The notes under the pieces are model-generated. The model was not told the DNA's origin. It searched no databases and worked only from the letters and a program-made list of their open reading frames with translations. The translations under genes and the position numbers were made by a program. A stretch of 64,000 nucleotides of DNA, from positions 682,001 through 746,000 of the forward strand of contig CAJFCJ010000015.1 in the NCBI GenBank assembly GCA_904063045.1, in the 5' to 3' direction. Origin of the DNA: Dimorphilus gyrociliatus (lineage: Eukaryota > Animalia > Annelida). Positions 27,315 to 48,861 of this stretch are shown here, piece after piece (within the stretch, counting starts at the first letter, position 1; each line of letters begins with the position of its first letter).

Positions 27315-28206
27315 CGAAAAGAGGCCTATATGATACGAGATGATAGAGAAAATCTTATTTTTCTAATTTATGTTTAAACGGGTGAAGAATATAAAGAATT
27401 ATTGGTTTTTAAACAGTCTTTTTTGTGTTTTTGTCCTCTTTTGACATATTGATATGGAAGAGAAACTGAAGTAATATAAGAATAGATATATAGATAAATA
27501 GATGGAGAGATTGAAAGAATTTTATTAAATAATAACATATATTAAAAGGAGAAGTTTAAAAAAGAAAAAATAAACAACTTCTTTTTTTCCTTCAATCGTT
27601 AATAAGAGGCATTGACTGAAAAAAATCGTTAACGGTCAGTGCAAACACTTTATTGCGTCCGTCGTATTTCACAGTTCATTTAATTCGAATGGACGGAATT
27701 CGCGAGCACGTTTATATATTCATTTTTTTCTGCCTCTCCACCGCACCTTTTCTATATTATATATATATATATATATATAGTGTTTTTTTTCGTTTTTCTT
27801 TATTGAAGACCTTCCGTTAAACGTTTTAAAACTTTAGCATACGCCTCGTCGAAAGTCTGTTATTCATAACCAGATCGGAAGGGGAGAAAAAAAAGTATAA
27901 TAAGTAAATAAATAGACAAGCAATATTAAATTTATATAAAAACTATTATAAATAGCAAATATTTCTACAAACTGTTATAAAAAAAGCGATTAAGGCTATC
28001 GAAAATATGCAAGATAAAAGATTATGGAAACAAAGCAATGTTAAAAAATATGAGCATGTACACACATAATATATATATATATCTTTAGACTCGATTGCAA
28101 TAATCCAAGCACCCGCCGCTAAAACAGCTCGTAAAAGTAAATTTACATACGCGCGCCGAGTAGAAAGGAAAGTATATGAAAAGAATGAGAAAAAAATAAA
28201 AAGCAC

Positions 28207-38197
<9,991 letters not shown>

Positions 38198-38592
38198 TAT
38201 TGCTGTCCGTTTCAACAATCTTTCATCTTATTCATCAAAAACAATCATAAATATTCAGAATCAATGTCATTAAACTTCAACAAATGCTCGATAATACATT
38301 GATTAACGAAAATACGTCATTAAAGTGTTGAAACCCTTATCGGTTAAAAAAACTAAGTACTCCAAAATATAAAAATTAACACAAATTATAGGTTCATTGC
38401 ATAAAATAAAGTTGGAATTTATTCTGAAAGACGTTAAACAAAAGTTTTTTCCGATTTGTTTTGATGAAACCACGCACGGTTGGTCACGTGATAACGTACG
38501 GTATTTTAGAGTTCTCTCTGCAACTATGTTTTCAGTCTAGAATTTGCTTTCTGTAGCAGCGAATCATTTTTGCATTCAATCACTTTTCTAAA

Positions 38593-40074
38593 ATGGCTGA
38601 GGCGGCATTGGTGAGTATTTTGTTTAGTTTAATATCTAGTATTTACTGAATGTATAAAAATGTGACTGTGCTAGTAAAGTTTTTAGTAATTATATACTTT
38701 AAATGAAGAGAAAACGAATATTGTTAGTCATTTTTTCTAGCAGTTAACATCTTACTTCGAATGTTCCAGAACCTTCCTGTATATTCTTATATTTTCAGGC
38801 AGAGAAAGAAAAAGGAAACGCAGCCTACAAAAGGCGAGAATTTGCAACAGCTATTGAACACTATGATAAAGCTATAGAACTAGACCAAACAAATATAACG
38901 TTTCGCACAAACAAAGCAGGTTGTTTATTTCATTTTTTTTGTCATTTTTTGAAATGAATAATCCCTTAAATTTTTCATTACAGCGGTTTACTTCGAACAA
39001 GAAAACTACGATGCTTGTATCCAAGAATGTAACAAAGCTGTAGAAATAGGAAGAGAAAACAGGGTAGACTATAAACTCATTGCGAAGTAAGTTTCAATAT
39101 TGTAATAGAATTTAATTAAGTACCGAAAATTTAGATTTTTTTTTTTAATCTTCTTAATTTGTTAATAGGGCATTAGCTCGTATTGGAAATGCTAATCAAA
39201 AACTTGGAAAACTTGATGAGGCTTTGCACTTCTTTAATAAATCAGTATCGGAACATAGATCATCTGATATAGTAAAGAAAATAAACGAAATACAGAAACT
39301 TTTGAAAGAAAAAGAAAGACTTGCTTATATCAATCCAGAAAAGAGTTTGGAGGCCAAGCAAAAAGGAAATGAATTTTTTACTCAAGGTAAGACCAATATA
39401 ATTTTTAATTATATATTCAAAATACTCTTTTTTTTGTAATATAGGAAAATTCCCGGAAGCTATTTCCTTCTATACCGAGGCTATTAAGAGAAATCCAGAA
39501 GATCCGAAATTATTCAGTAACAGAGCAGCTTGTTACACAAAATTAGCCGAGTTTAACTTGGCATTACAGGATTGCGAGGAATGTATTCGTTTGGACCCAA
39601 AGTTTATTAAAGGATATTTAAGAAAAGGTGCAAACCTGTTGGCTATGAAAGAAATGTCGAAAGCAAGCGATGCTTATCAAAAGGTATCGAAGCATAAATT
39701 TATAATATTAACTTCAAAAATTAATGCAAATTATTTTTTTTAGGCAATGGAAATAGATCCAAACTGCTCGGAAGCTGTTGAAGGCTATAGGAAGTGTGCA
39801 GTGAATCAAGGAAATCCAGAAGAAATTAGAAAGAGAGCCATGCAGGATCCCGAAGTTCAAGCCATTTTGCAAGATCCAGCCATGCAATTGATACTTTCCC
39901 AAATGCAAAAAGATCCTAAAGCTTTTAACGAGTAAGTGAAATAAAAACAAAAATTGTCATGTGTTATATTAAGTGTTACAACATGTCTATTTTTATTACA
40001 GACATTTGAAAAATCCTGAGATCGCAAGTAAACTTCAGAAGTTACTAGAAAGTGGATTAATTGCTATTCGTTAA
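38593..40074 (+). CDS. STIP1: Stress-induced phosphoprotein 1 / Hsp70-Hsp90 organising protein, short form (TPR2A-TPR2B-DP2, about 320 aa)
   Basis: Spliced reading: MAEAAL|[27 protein letters not shown] (TPR2A); [37 protein letters not shown] (TPR2B); [27 protein letters not shown]...[14 protein letters not shown] (DP2). Confidence 0.92.
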
Positions 40075-41779
40075 AAACTAATACTAACACTTCAGTTTAT
40101 CATACCCAACCGAAAAACATTGCTTCATTTAATCTTTGTCTATTATACCATTGTCCTTATCAAATCAGTTAAAATTTTTATAAGTAAAATAAACATTTGA
40201 GGCAAGAAGAAATCAGTTTGACCATAGATGTCGCTTTAACCTTACGGCGTCGCTCTTGCATTACTATAGTAACATACGGAATCATTATCCGCCGTTCCCT
40301 TGATATACCCGGCAAAGGGAATGGAAAACGGTACCCGGCTGTTGCGTTTTTTGTGTGCGCGCGTGTGAGTCAGTCGCTAGTCAGAGAGACGTCTCATCGA
40401 TTTGCGGACCGCCGACGCCCGTGCGTTCTCGTACAACGGTGCTGCTGGAATTGTTTTTATTGTGTGTGTGTGTCCTTTAACGACGATCGTCGAAATCCAT
40501 TTAAAAGGATTGACGCTGACCAAGGACCAATTTGGATTTTTTGGAGGCGATTGAGTTGGTAAAACTAATTTAGGTAAGCTTTTATAATTAGAAAGAATTC
40601 TCTCCTCATGTCGAAATGCATTAAATAATTCATTCACATTTTCTGAGTATATTACGAAGCTAATTGCATAGTAAGAATGTTTCTGTCGCGTCTTTCTTTC
40701 CTTTTGTATATTCTTTCCTCGTTAATTTTCTCAGTGTAACTGCCATGCACTTTTTTCTATTTCATCAAGCGCGTACGTGTTCTCCGTTTGTACAGAAGAA
40801 TTTTTTTAAGGGCAAGAAAAAAAAAAGAGAGTGAGAAAGAAAAGGTAGACAGTAAAAAGGATAGTTGATTCGATAAAAAAAAACTCCACTATCTACACAA
40901 ATCTTTCTTTTTCCCATATTAACTTTTTTTCCCTCTTAAATAGCTATGTTTTTCCTTTGAATATCCCACTTGAAAAATTACACTTTAGGATTATTAAAAA
41001 AAAAAAGAGAGAAATATTTACATGATGTTTACAAATTTGAATAGTTTTTATTCATAAAAGAGCGACAGATGTACTTATTCGTTTACATACTCGGGTAAGT
41101 TAGTATAACAGCTTATGAACAGGCATATATTTTTATACGAGCGTGTACAATATATACATAGATTATATATTTTATTCATATAAACGTTTTTTTTTCGGAC
41201 GTGAGAGAGTTTGAGGCTATAATCGATAATAAACGGCAAGTTCTCGTGTTAGTGAGATGACAACAATGCACACCTTGTAGAATCGCGTGCAAAGACTTTA
41301 ATTACGTTTTCTTATCTTCAGCGTCTCCTAGTCCGACGTCCATTACGACGTTTTTAAGCGATAATAGAATGAGTTTAACAAAGACATTTATAAACAGAGA
41401 AAGAGAGAAAAGAATGTATGCATAATGGCCGTAAATATGACAATATATAGGATAATATAAGAAGTTACATACTATAAATATATAAAAGTAAATATATACA
41501 ATATATAGTATATTTAGTAAGATAAAAGGGAAAAGGGCTGATGATATTTGCGTTTCTGGATGGCCTATCCCGAATTGACATTTACATCCAGTATAAAGTT
41601 ATATCATTCGCTTTCAAAACATCAAATCTGTTTCGCTTCGAGAATTTTTACACGTGTTCGCCTACGCTCCGAAGGTCGGCAACGTTGGGCAGGTGAAAAG
41701 GGGTAACTCTTTGTAATCAATCTCTCAATTTACGGTTTTTCTAAACTCGCCTACCGGATTCGGGAAATCGACGAAGCAC

Positions 41780-43290
41780 TCACGCAGATCCTTCGCCCAT
41801 CCTGAGACGTATAGAAGGTGAATACCGTAGAGGTTCCTCTTCCGGTTCTTTCCATTCAAAGAGATTTCTTTTAATAAAACTGTCAATTGATGGGTTTTGT
41901 TGTTCGGGTATTAGAGATTGTAAGGGCAATGATTGAGTGTCAAGTCATTCTTTAGTTCTCTTCCACCAATGGAAGAAGCCGAAAATAAAATCTAATAGGG
42001 TTAGGAAGCCAATGACAGCTATTGCCAATATCGACCAGTGGATGTAGCCGTTAATTCTGGCCGAACGGCAAGTTCCGCCGCATGGTTTAGCTTCCGTTTC
42101 GTTTCCGGGACAATCGGATTGGACGCCTGTACAACGTCGGGTTCGATGAGTCGTTCCGCAGCACGATTTTTTGAAATCCGCCCAAAGCGTCCACTTAGTC
42201 GAACCTGGTATGTCACAGTTGACTGCCTCCAGCGTACAACTGAGACAAACGAACGATGTTGATGAACAATATCTTAATCGGATGTTTTCCCCCCGAATAC
42301 AAACTGACCAGGGTGTCCAATTGCCTAAGGAACCCACGCAGGCATTTAACCAACTGCATTTCCTTAATCGACGTCTGTCACCAGTGAAGGTGAATTGTAG
42401 TTATATCTTTATGCTTCTTGATGACCGTATTCACTACAAGTAACGCTACATTTCGACCATTACCATTCGCTCCAGTCCCCTTTGCAATTTTTCGCTAGAC
42501 ATGATTCGTATACATAGACGAAATCTTGGCAAGCGTTACCCAAACATTGACGCCAACGCGTTCGAAATCCTATTTACCGGTATATTTGTCACATTTTGTA
42601 AGGTTGCATTACTAGGTTTTTTTAATACCCATATATACATAAGCAACGTCTTCCTTCAATTAACGTTTGATGGAAGACGCCTATTCGCCTCTCATAAAAT
42701 GGACGTCGACCTATCTGACCGCACGAAGCTCCCCCGTAATTCTCTCGTAAACATTCGGTCCATTCGGTTCTCATCAAGACTAGATATTATACATTTTTAA
42801 ATACCCCTCTTTCCCTCACGTCTTTCCTTTAGACGCCTCTATACTTCTCTCTACTTGTGGATATAGATGGTGGCAATTAGTCCTATAGCCAGTTTTTATG
42901 AGTCACCAAAGCCTCCCTATAGCATTTCGCTGAACAAGCTGACCATACTGTCTGTCGCTTACGACCTCCAACATCGACAGTCAGTTGATAAATAATTTGC
43001 TTAGTTTTCATATAAGGGAATACGAATTTTGTTATATTTAATATTAACGATTTTCGACCCAAGAGATAAGCTTTAAAAATCCTGATTATTTGTTTTGAAA
43101 ATAGAACTACAAACAAATTAGCTCGTATTCCTCTATACGCGTATTGCATGCCCTTACCAACAGAGACGCCTACAGCTATACCCTTTACATCGACACACTT
43201 ACTCGAATAGCACGTCCGAAATTCGATTCGACGCCGGGAGTGACCAAAACGCATGCGCACAACAGTACCGCACAAGTACAGCGTCTATTC
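41780..43290 (-). pseudogene. Decayed TSP1-repeat membrane protein gene, paralog of the gene at 25798-27314
   Basis: The TSP1 motif is interrupted by a stop (GDWSEW*WSKCSVTC, TAA 42460-42462). There is another TAA at 42409-42411 and frameshifts between TSP1-like segments. The TM end FLTLLDF...WWKRTKE resembles LFTLIDV...YWRRTKE of the intact gene. After TGA 41945-41947 the frame stays open for 54 more codons. The 5' boundary is approximate. Confidence 0.65.
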
Positions 43291-44633
43291 AAACTATTTC
43301 ATATTTGTTATTCTAAAGGAAAGAGAAAAGAACTATTTCAAGTAGACAAGATAAAAGAAATGATTGAAAACTAGCTCGTGGTCAGAAAAAAATATTATTA
43401 ACTAGGCGTCAAAGCGTCGGTTTCGTGTTGAAAGCGCTTTAATAACTGAGTAATAAAGAGACCGGTTAATCGAATGCGGTCGCGTTCGATTCGCCCCAGT
43501 AGTCTTTGTAAAGCCGAATAGTTATTAGAAGGTTGATTGTATAATAAGACGACGTCCGTAGCATTAATATCTGTATAAAAGCATCTAATTTCATTCTTCT
43601 TTCTGCTATTTATTTATGTATATATATACAGTATACCATTGACTAAATAGCGAATAGCATCGATCAAATCGGTCGATGATTGACGAGTTTGTCCCTCGTC
43701 GTGTCGTAAGGCCGAATACAAAAGCGATTCGTAAGCGTCTAATACGTTCTCGAACGCTTCCGACTTGTTATCGATAATGACGTAATATAACATTTAATAT
43801 AAAACGAAAAAATTCGAATTTATTTCCTCTATTCATATCAAAGTAAGCGTCATCAATTGTGAATTAATCCTTTTTATTACATTTTATTATTATTAGTAAT
43901 AATAATAGTATTATGACTTATGGGACGTCTCTGTGTTTTCTTTATTTTCTTTTCATTTACATCAATAAACAAGGCGTTACAAAACGTTAAAGTGGATCTC
44001 TTGGACTTTTTACGTAACTCGTAAAAGCCAGACAAAATTGCCAATCCGTCCGTTTGATTGAAGATTGCAGATAGACAGCTAACGTAGTACGATATCGTAA
44101 CAGTGTAGCCGTCGGGCGAATAATTAATAGAATGATAGGAGCAATAAAATATTCAAGGACAACCATTGTTTATTGTTTACGAACGACGTTACGCTCTAGC
44201 CTTCGGTTTTTTTCTATCATTATTATTCACCTTTCTTGTCTAGACCTATATTTTATTAGTTTCTTACTCCCATACAATCACTATCCACTTAATATAGTAT
44301 ATAGATACAGCTGAGAAGGAAGATAGAGATATATTGCTCATATATGCTTATACAATATGATATACATATGTAAATAAATATATATATATATATATATATT
44401 AAGTTAAATGCATAAGTAATACACACGTTGCACGTGTGTGATAGATTGTGTGAATAATATCAAGTTAACATACAGATATAAACACAATATGATTAATTGG
44501 TCTTAATCATTTTTCAAGTTCTCTTTTTCACAAATTAATTACAAAAATCATAAGAATTAATTTAATCTATTATCGCGTGATCAATACATTGATAAATTAT
44601 TAGATCTTCTTCTAAAAGCCCTTGTTTATATCT

Positions 44634-44640
<7 letters not shown>

Positions 44641-44670
<30 letters not shown>
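44641..44670. repeat. (TC)15 microsatellite
   Basis: Direct reading. Confidence 0.95.
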
Positions 44671-44674
<4 letters not shown>

Positions 44675-44783
44675 TGCCTATCCCTACTCACTTTCTACTT
44701 ACTAGTCATCCATTTTTTTAAGACCTTAAAATATATCCCTCTGTAATGTGTATATATAGACGACAGGCAGACGGATAATAAGC

Positions 44784-44797
44784 GTTACCATGCCAAC
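44784..44797. promoter_or_regulatory. Near-consensus RFX X-box (GTTACC-AT-GCCAAC)
   Basis: One mismatch to GTNRCC-AT-RGYAAC; about 330 bp upstream of the Ig-CAM ATG. Confidence 0.4.
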
Positions 44798-45127
44798 GAG
44801 CGTTTACTGGTACTCTTGACGCTCGACGGTGAACTCTTCCGAGAACGTTTGCCCGTTGTTGATAATATGTAGTTTTTTTTTTTTAGTCACCTTATATTGT
44901 GATAAATCAGTGCAGATTTACGGTTATTAGGAAAATATAAAGACAAACTACGATACAATAATGCATATAGTACGTTTATTTATAGTTTGCATGGTATATA
45001 TCTATATATAAATCCAATTGTTTACAAAAAGAATATAAAAAATAAAATCGCTGCCTCCCTTAATCATAGACAATCGTATTGATTATTGACCAACGTCGTT
45101 CGCTAATTACAGATCAGAAGGAGAAAT

Positions 45128-48100
45128 ATGTTCTTCAGCGCCCGTTCATTGGTCGTATTCTACTACTGCTGCTCCACTCTACCGCAATACGGTAAGTTTC
45201 CGAAGCGATAAAGTAAATTTGGCGTTTATATTTAGACGGCTTTTTTTTTCTTGACGTCTTTTTTTATATTCCCCCACTTCCATTATACTGTATATAGCAG
45301 TTGAAACATTGTATAAAAAGGTAAAAAGAATATGAAGCTTTGGAAAAATATAGTAAATTAATATATATACTAGAGAACAATAATGAACAGCCGGTTAGAA
45401 CAAGACACGACGGCGCCATGTATAGAAGTTATCGGGTAAAGAGTTTTTTTTCAAAAATTTATATACGGCGTCTAAAAAATCAATAAGCAATTATTCTACG
45501 TCCCCTATTCCGCCGCCCATCACCTCCGCACCATCTTCCTCTCTTCGCCGGCGGACGACGACAAACGAGAGGGGGGAAATGATGCGTAAAGTGACAAGAA
45601 GTTGTAAGGAAAGAGGAGAAGGGTAAGAAAGGCGAAGTGGGGAGGAGTTGAAAGATTGAGATTGGGATGAAAGGGCGGGTAGGTGGTGATGGTGGCTGGG
45701 GTAGGCGGACGAATGTTCTTGTTGATTTAACCGATTGATATATGAAGAGGAGGGATGGTGACTATTTGACGCTTCTCTGACGGCGGTTGTCACGGTAACG
45801 TCGCGACGCCAATTAAACGAATCGTGTTCTTTCGAAAAAAGAACCATGAAAAGGTCGAAAGAAAAATGCTGTTAATCGGCCAGCAGAATGCATCTGCAGA
45901 TGTCAGGAGTGTTTAATGTTTCCCCTCGAGCTCTTCCACTCGAAAAGAGTGACAAGTACACCTCAGATGGTCTCCTGGGATTCCTATTATTCTTTCTTTC
46001 TCACCTCAATCTCTCCCCCAAAAAAGCGAGGGAAATAAATGTATAAATATTAGCAGATAATAATTGAGAAAGAGAGAAATCATGCCAGCGTGAGAAAGCG
46101 AAATATCTCTCTCTTCTTTTGACCCGTCGCTTTCGAAATTGGAGAAGTACCCTATCGAGAACACACTCGAAGTTGTCGCGCATTCTGACGATCAGTAATC
46201 GTTCTTTTGCATTTGTATCCTCCTATCTTTCTTCCCATCTGAAAATACATTGGGAAATAGAGAAAAGTTCTGATTAATAACTATTAATGTTTACCTCAAC
46301 TGACCAGGGGCAGTTTGAGACAAACACGTAAGAGATCGCGTAAAGAAACGCAAACCTCTTGAGTAAACACCGTGTCAAGACGGTTTTAGCGCCTGTCAAT
46401 ATTTTAAGTCATTGAATTCTTATCGAAGTAATAATTTACATATCATTATCTTCCTTAACTAGGCCTATTATACCAACTTTTTATCCGTTATCTTTATTTA
46501 TTCCTGTTTTTATCATTATATATTATATACTGTATGTACTTACTTATTTTTTGATGCTTGCTTTTTGCAGTCTTTTCCAAAGGGTTATTACTGGAGCTTC
46601 ACCCTAAAAATTATCTTACGGTCAGAGAATGGGACAAGATGTCATTAAAGTGTACCATCATTAATTGGTCCCTTAACGAGCCAGCTCCACTTTTCTTTAC
46701 CAGAGGCAACATCAGAAATCTGGAAGAAGCCGAGAGGCATGAGGAGGAGTTTAATCGGAAGAGTCGGTTAGTTTATTGTTCCAGTTGTATAAAAAATACC
46801 CCTACTCATCCTTATCGCCGGTTGTCATCTTATTTATTCAGACGGCGGACGGCTAAATATGTTTGGCCCTAATCCTCCGATAATCCGCATCCATTATGGT
46901 TAATGCTTGGCTACGTATATACTATGAATAATATTTTCCTATATATCCGACTTTATGCAGATGTATATAATTGAATTTTCATTTTTACAATCGACCTCCC
47001 GTGACTTTTTTACGAAATCTACTAGCCCAATAACGTTTGCCCCCGGTTTATAACAAGTCTAAATTTGCCCTATACTAGACTCGGTCAATGCAGCTAGTTT
47101 GGGTATCGTTGATTAGCAGGCTCCTGTTTCCATTTACATCTCCCTCATTCATTTTTCCATCACCCTTATTTTCTTTTATCTCGTCTACATGACTATGTAC
47201 ATATTACAAATTTGCTAATCGGATAAGGAAAATGACGAGAAAGCGGTGGTAGAGAAAGAGAGAGAAAGAGAATAGAGGGGGGGAATGGGCAATGAGAAGC
47301 TTAAGTCTCTGTATGTGTCTTGCTCTCTCTCTCTCTCTCCTTCCCTCTCTATACGCATGTGTATATGAGTAGGGAATTGATCAATCCTTCTCCGCTCTTA
47401 ATCCTATAGTATGAATTATATACGTAGTATACAATTTGTAAGATACGAGCGCAGTCTAGTCTTCTTAAGCTTAAGCAGACCTAAGCTAAGGTTTTTATTA
47501 ATCAAATTTTTCTACTACAATTTAAAACGTGCCCGGAAAGTATATAACCAGCATAGAGCGCACCCTAAAATTGGCCTTTCTCCTTGCGTCTAAAGGAAAG
47601 GGTCGACTCCTTTCCCACTTCTTTTCTTTTGATTATTTTTTATATTCCCCTCGAGCCATATTTTCCTCTTTTACCATTGCAAGAAACCGTCCCGCAGATG
47701 AAAAATTGCACGCACTATTCTCCTCCCGCATTCTTGACGAATTAAACGCCGGGCTTAGAAACGCTCGTTTAGTCCAGATGCGACTCATTCCCACTCCTCA
47801 TTGAAAAACTAAAGAAAAATTTTTTTATTATAAGTTCTTTCTTTTTTTCTTTTTCCTATTCATCAATCTATCTTTTTTTTCTCTTTCTCTCTCGTTCTCC
47901 CATTCCCCTTCTCTTTTTCTCTTTTTCTTTCTTTCATTCCCTATCCTTCTATCCTTATTTTTCTTCTTGTCTTCTTTGGCCTTGTCCTCCCAGTAATACT
48001 TTTATCTTATTTTTATATACATTTTAAATAATTCAGTATTAGGTAAAAGATAATTAAATTAACAGCGAGGGTAAAAAAAATTACCTTGCTATATTTGACG

Positions 48101-48819
48101 AGAGCCTTAGGCCTAGGAGAGCGAAGATAAATATAAATATAAAAGGTAATATATATTTATATAGTTGAATAATGATATTTCGTGCTCTTACGCCTGCTAA
48201 CATTATTTAGAAGGATAAAAAATTTATTCATTACTCCAGTTCCTTTCTTTCTATGTCTTGTACAAATGTTCCTTGTATTTAAAAAAAATGAAGACGGATA
48301 TGTCTTTCTCACCCCCTACCGCCCCCACCCCAAATTTGCCTCTTTTAACATCTTTTGTCCTTTCCGTCCCCCCTCTGCTCCCATTTTCGATCGCCCCTCT
48401 CTTTACTGTATATAGGACAACGGAAAGAGAGATATGGCGTCGAGGGCGTTTCTGCATCTGTAAAGCAAACACTAGGTTACTCGTTAATTCATGGTTTAGT
48501 TGCGCTAAAAAAGTAAAAGTACTAATAATGATAACAGTAATACAAAACTAGTAGAGAAATAAGGCGTCACCGAAAAAATAAGGTTTCGTTAATTCATTAA
48601 AGTTCCAGCTCTAGAAAGAAGCTCGAGGGAACTGATTTATTTTATCAAGCAGTTTTTGTCTGCACTATGATTGTAAAAGAGCAAAAAAGCCTAGAACTAT
48701 TCTCTTTTACCCTATTAATATTCATTTATTGCACTCTTCAGTCTGTGTCGCTGTCTCTATTTTTGCCACCCTTCTTCTCTCTATCACCCACCGCCCCCCT
48801 TTGAGTTCTCTCCTCCTCC

Positions 48820-48861
<42 letters not shown>

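Noticed and set aside
38458-38523. X-box-like strings GTTTTGATGAAAC and GTTCTCTCTGCAAC upstream of TTLL5
   Set aside because: Each has several mismatches to the RFX consensus, which is too weak to call in AT-rich DNA.
45491-46183. Minus-strand ORFs in Ig-CAM intron 1
   Set aside because: They are low-complexity S/P/H-rich translations of purine-rich sequence, and I could not build a convincing splice chain or domain.
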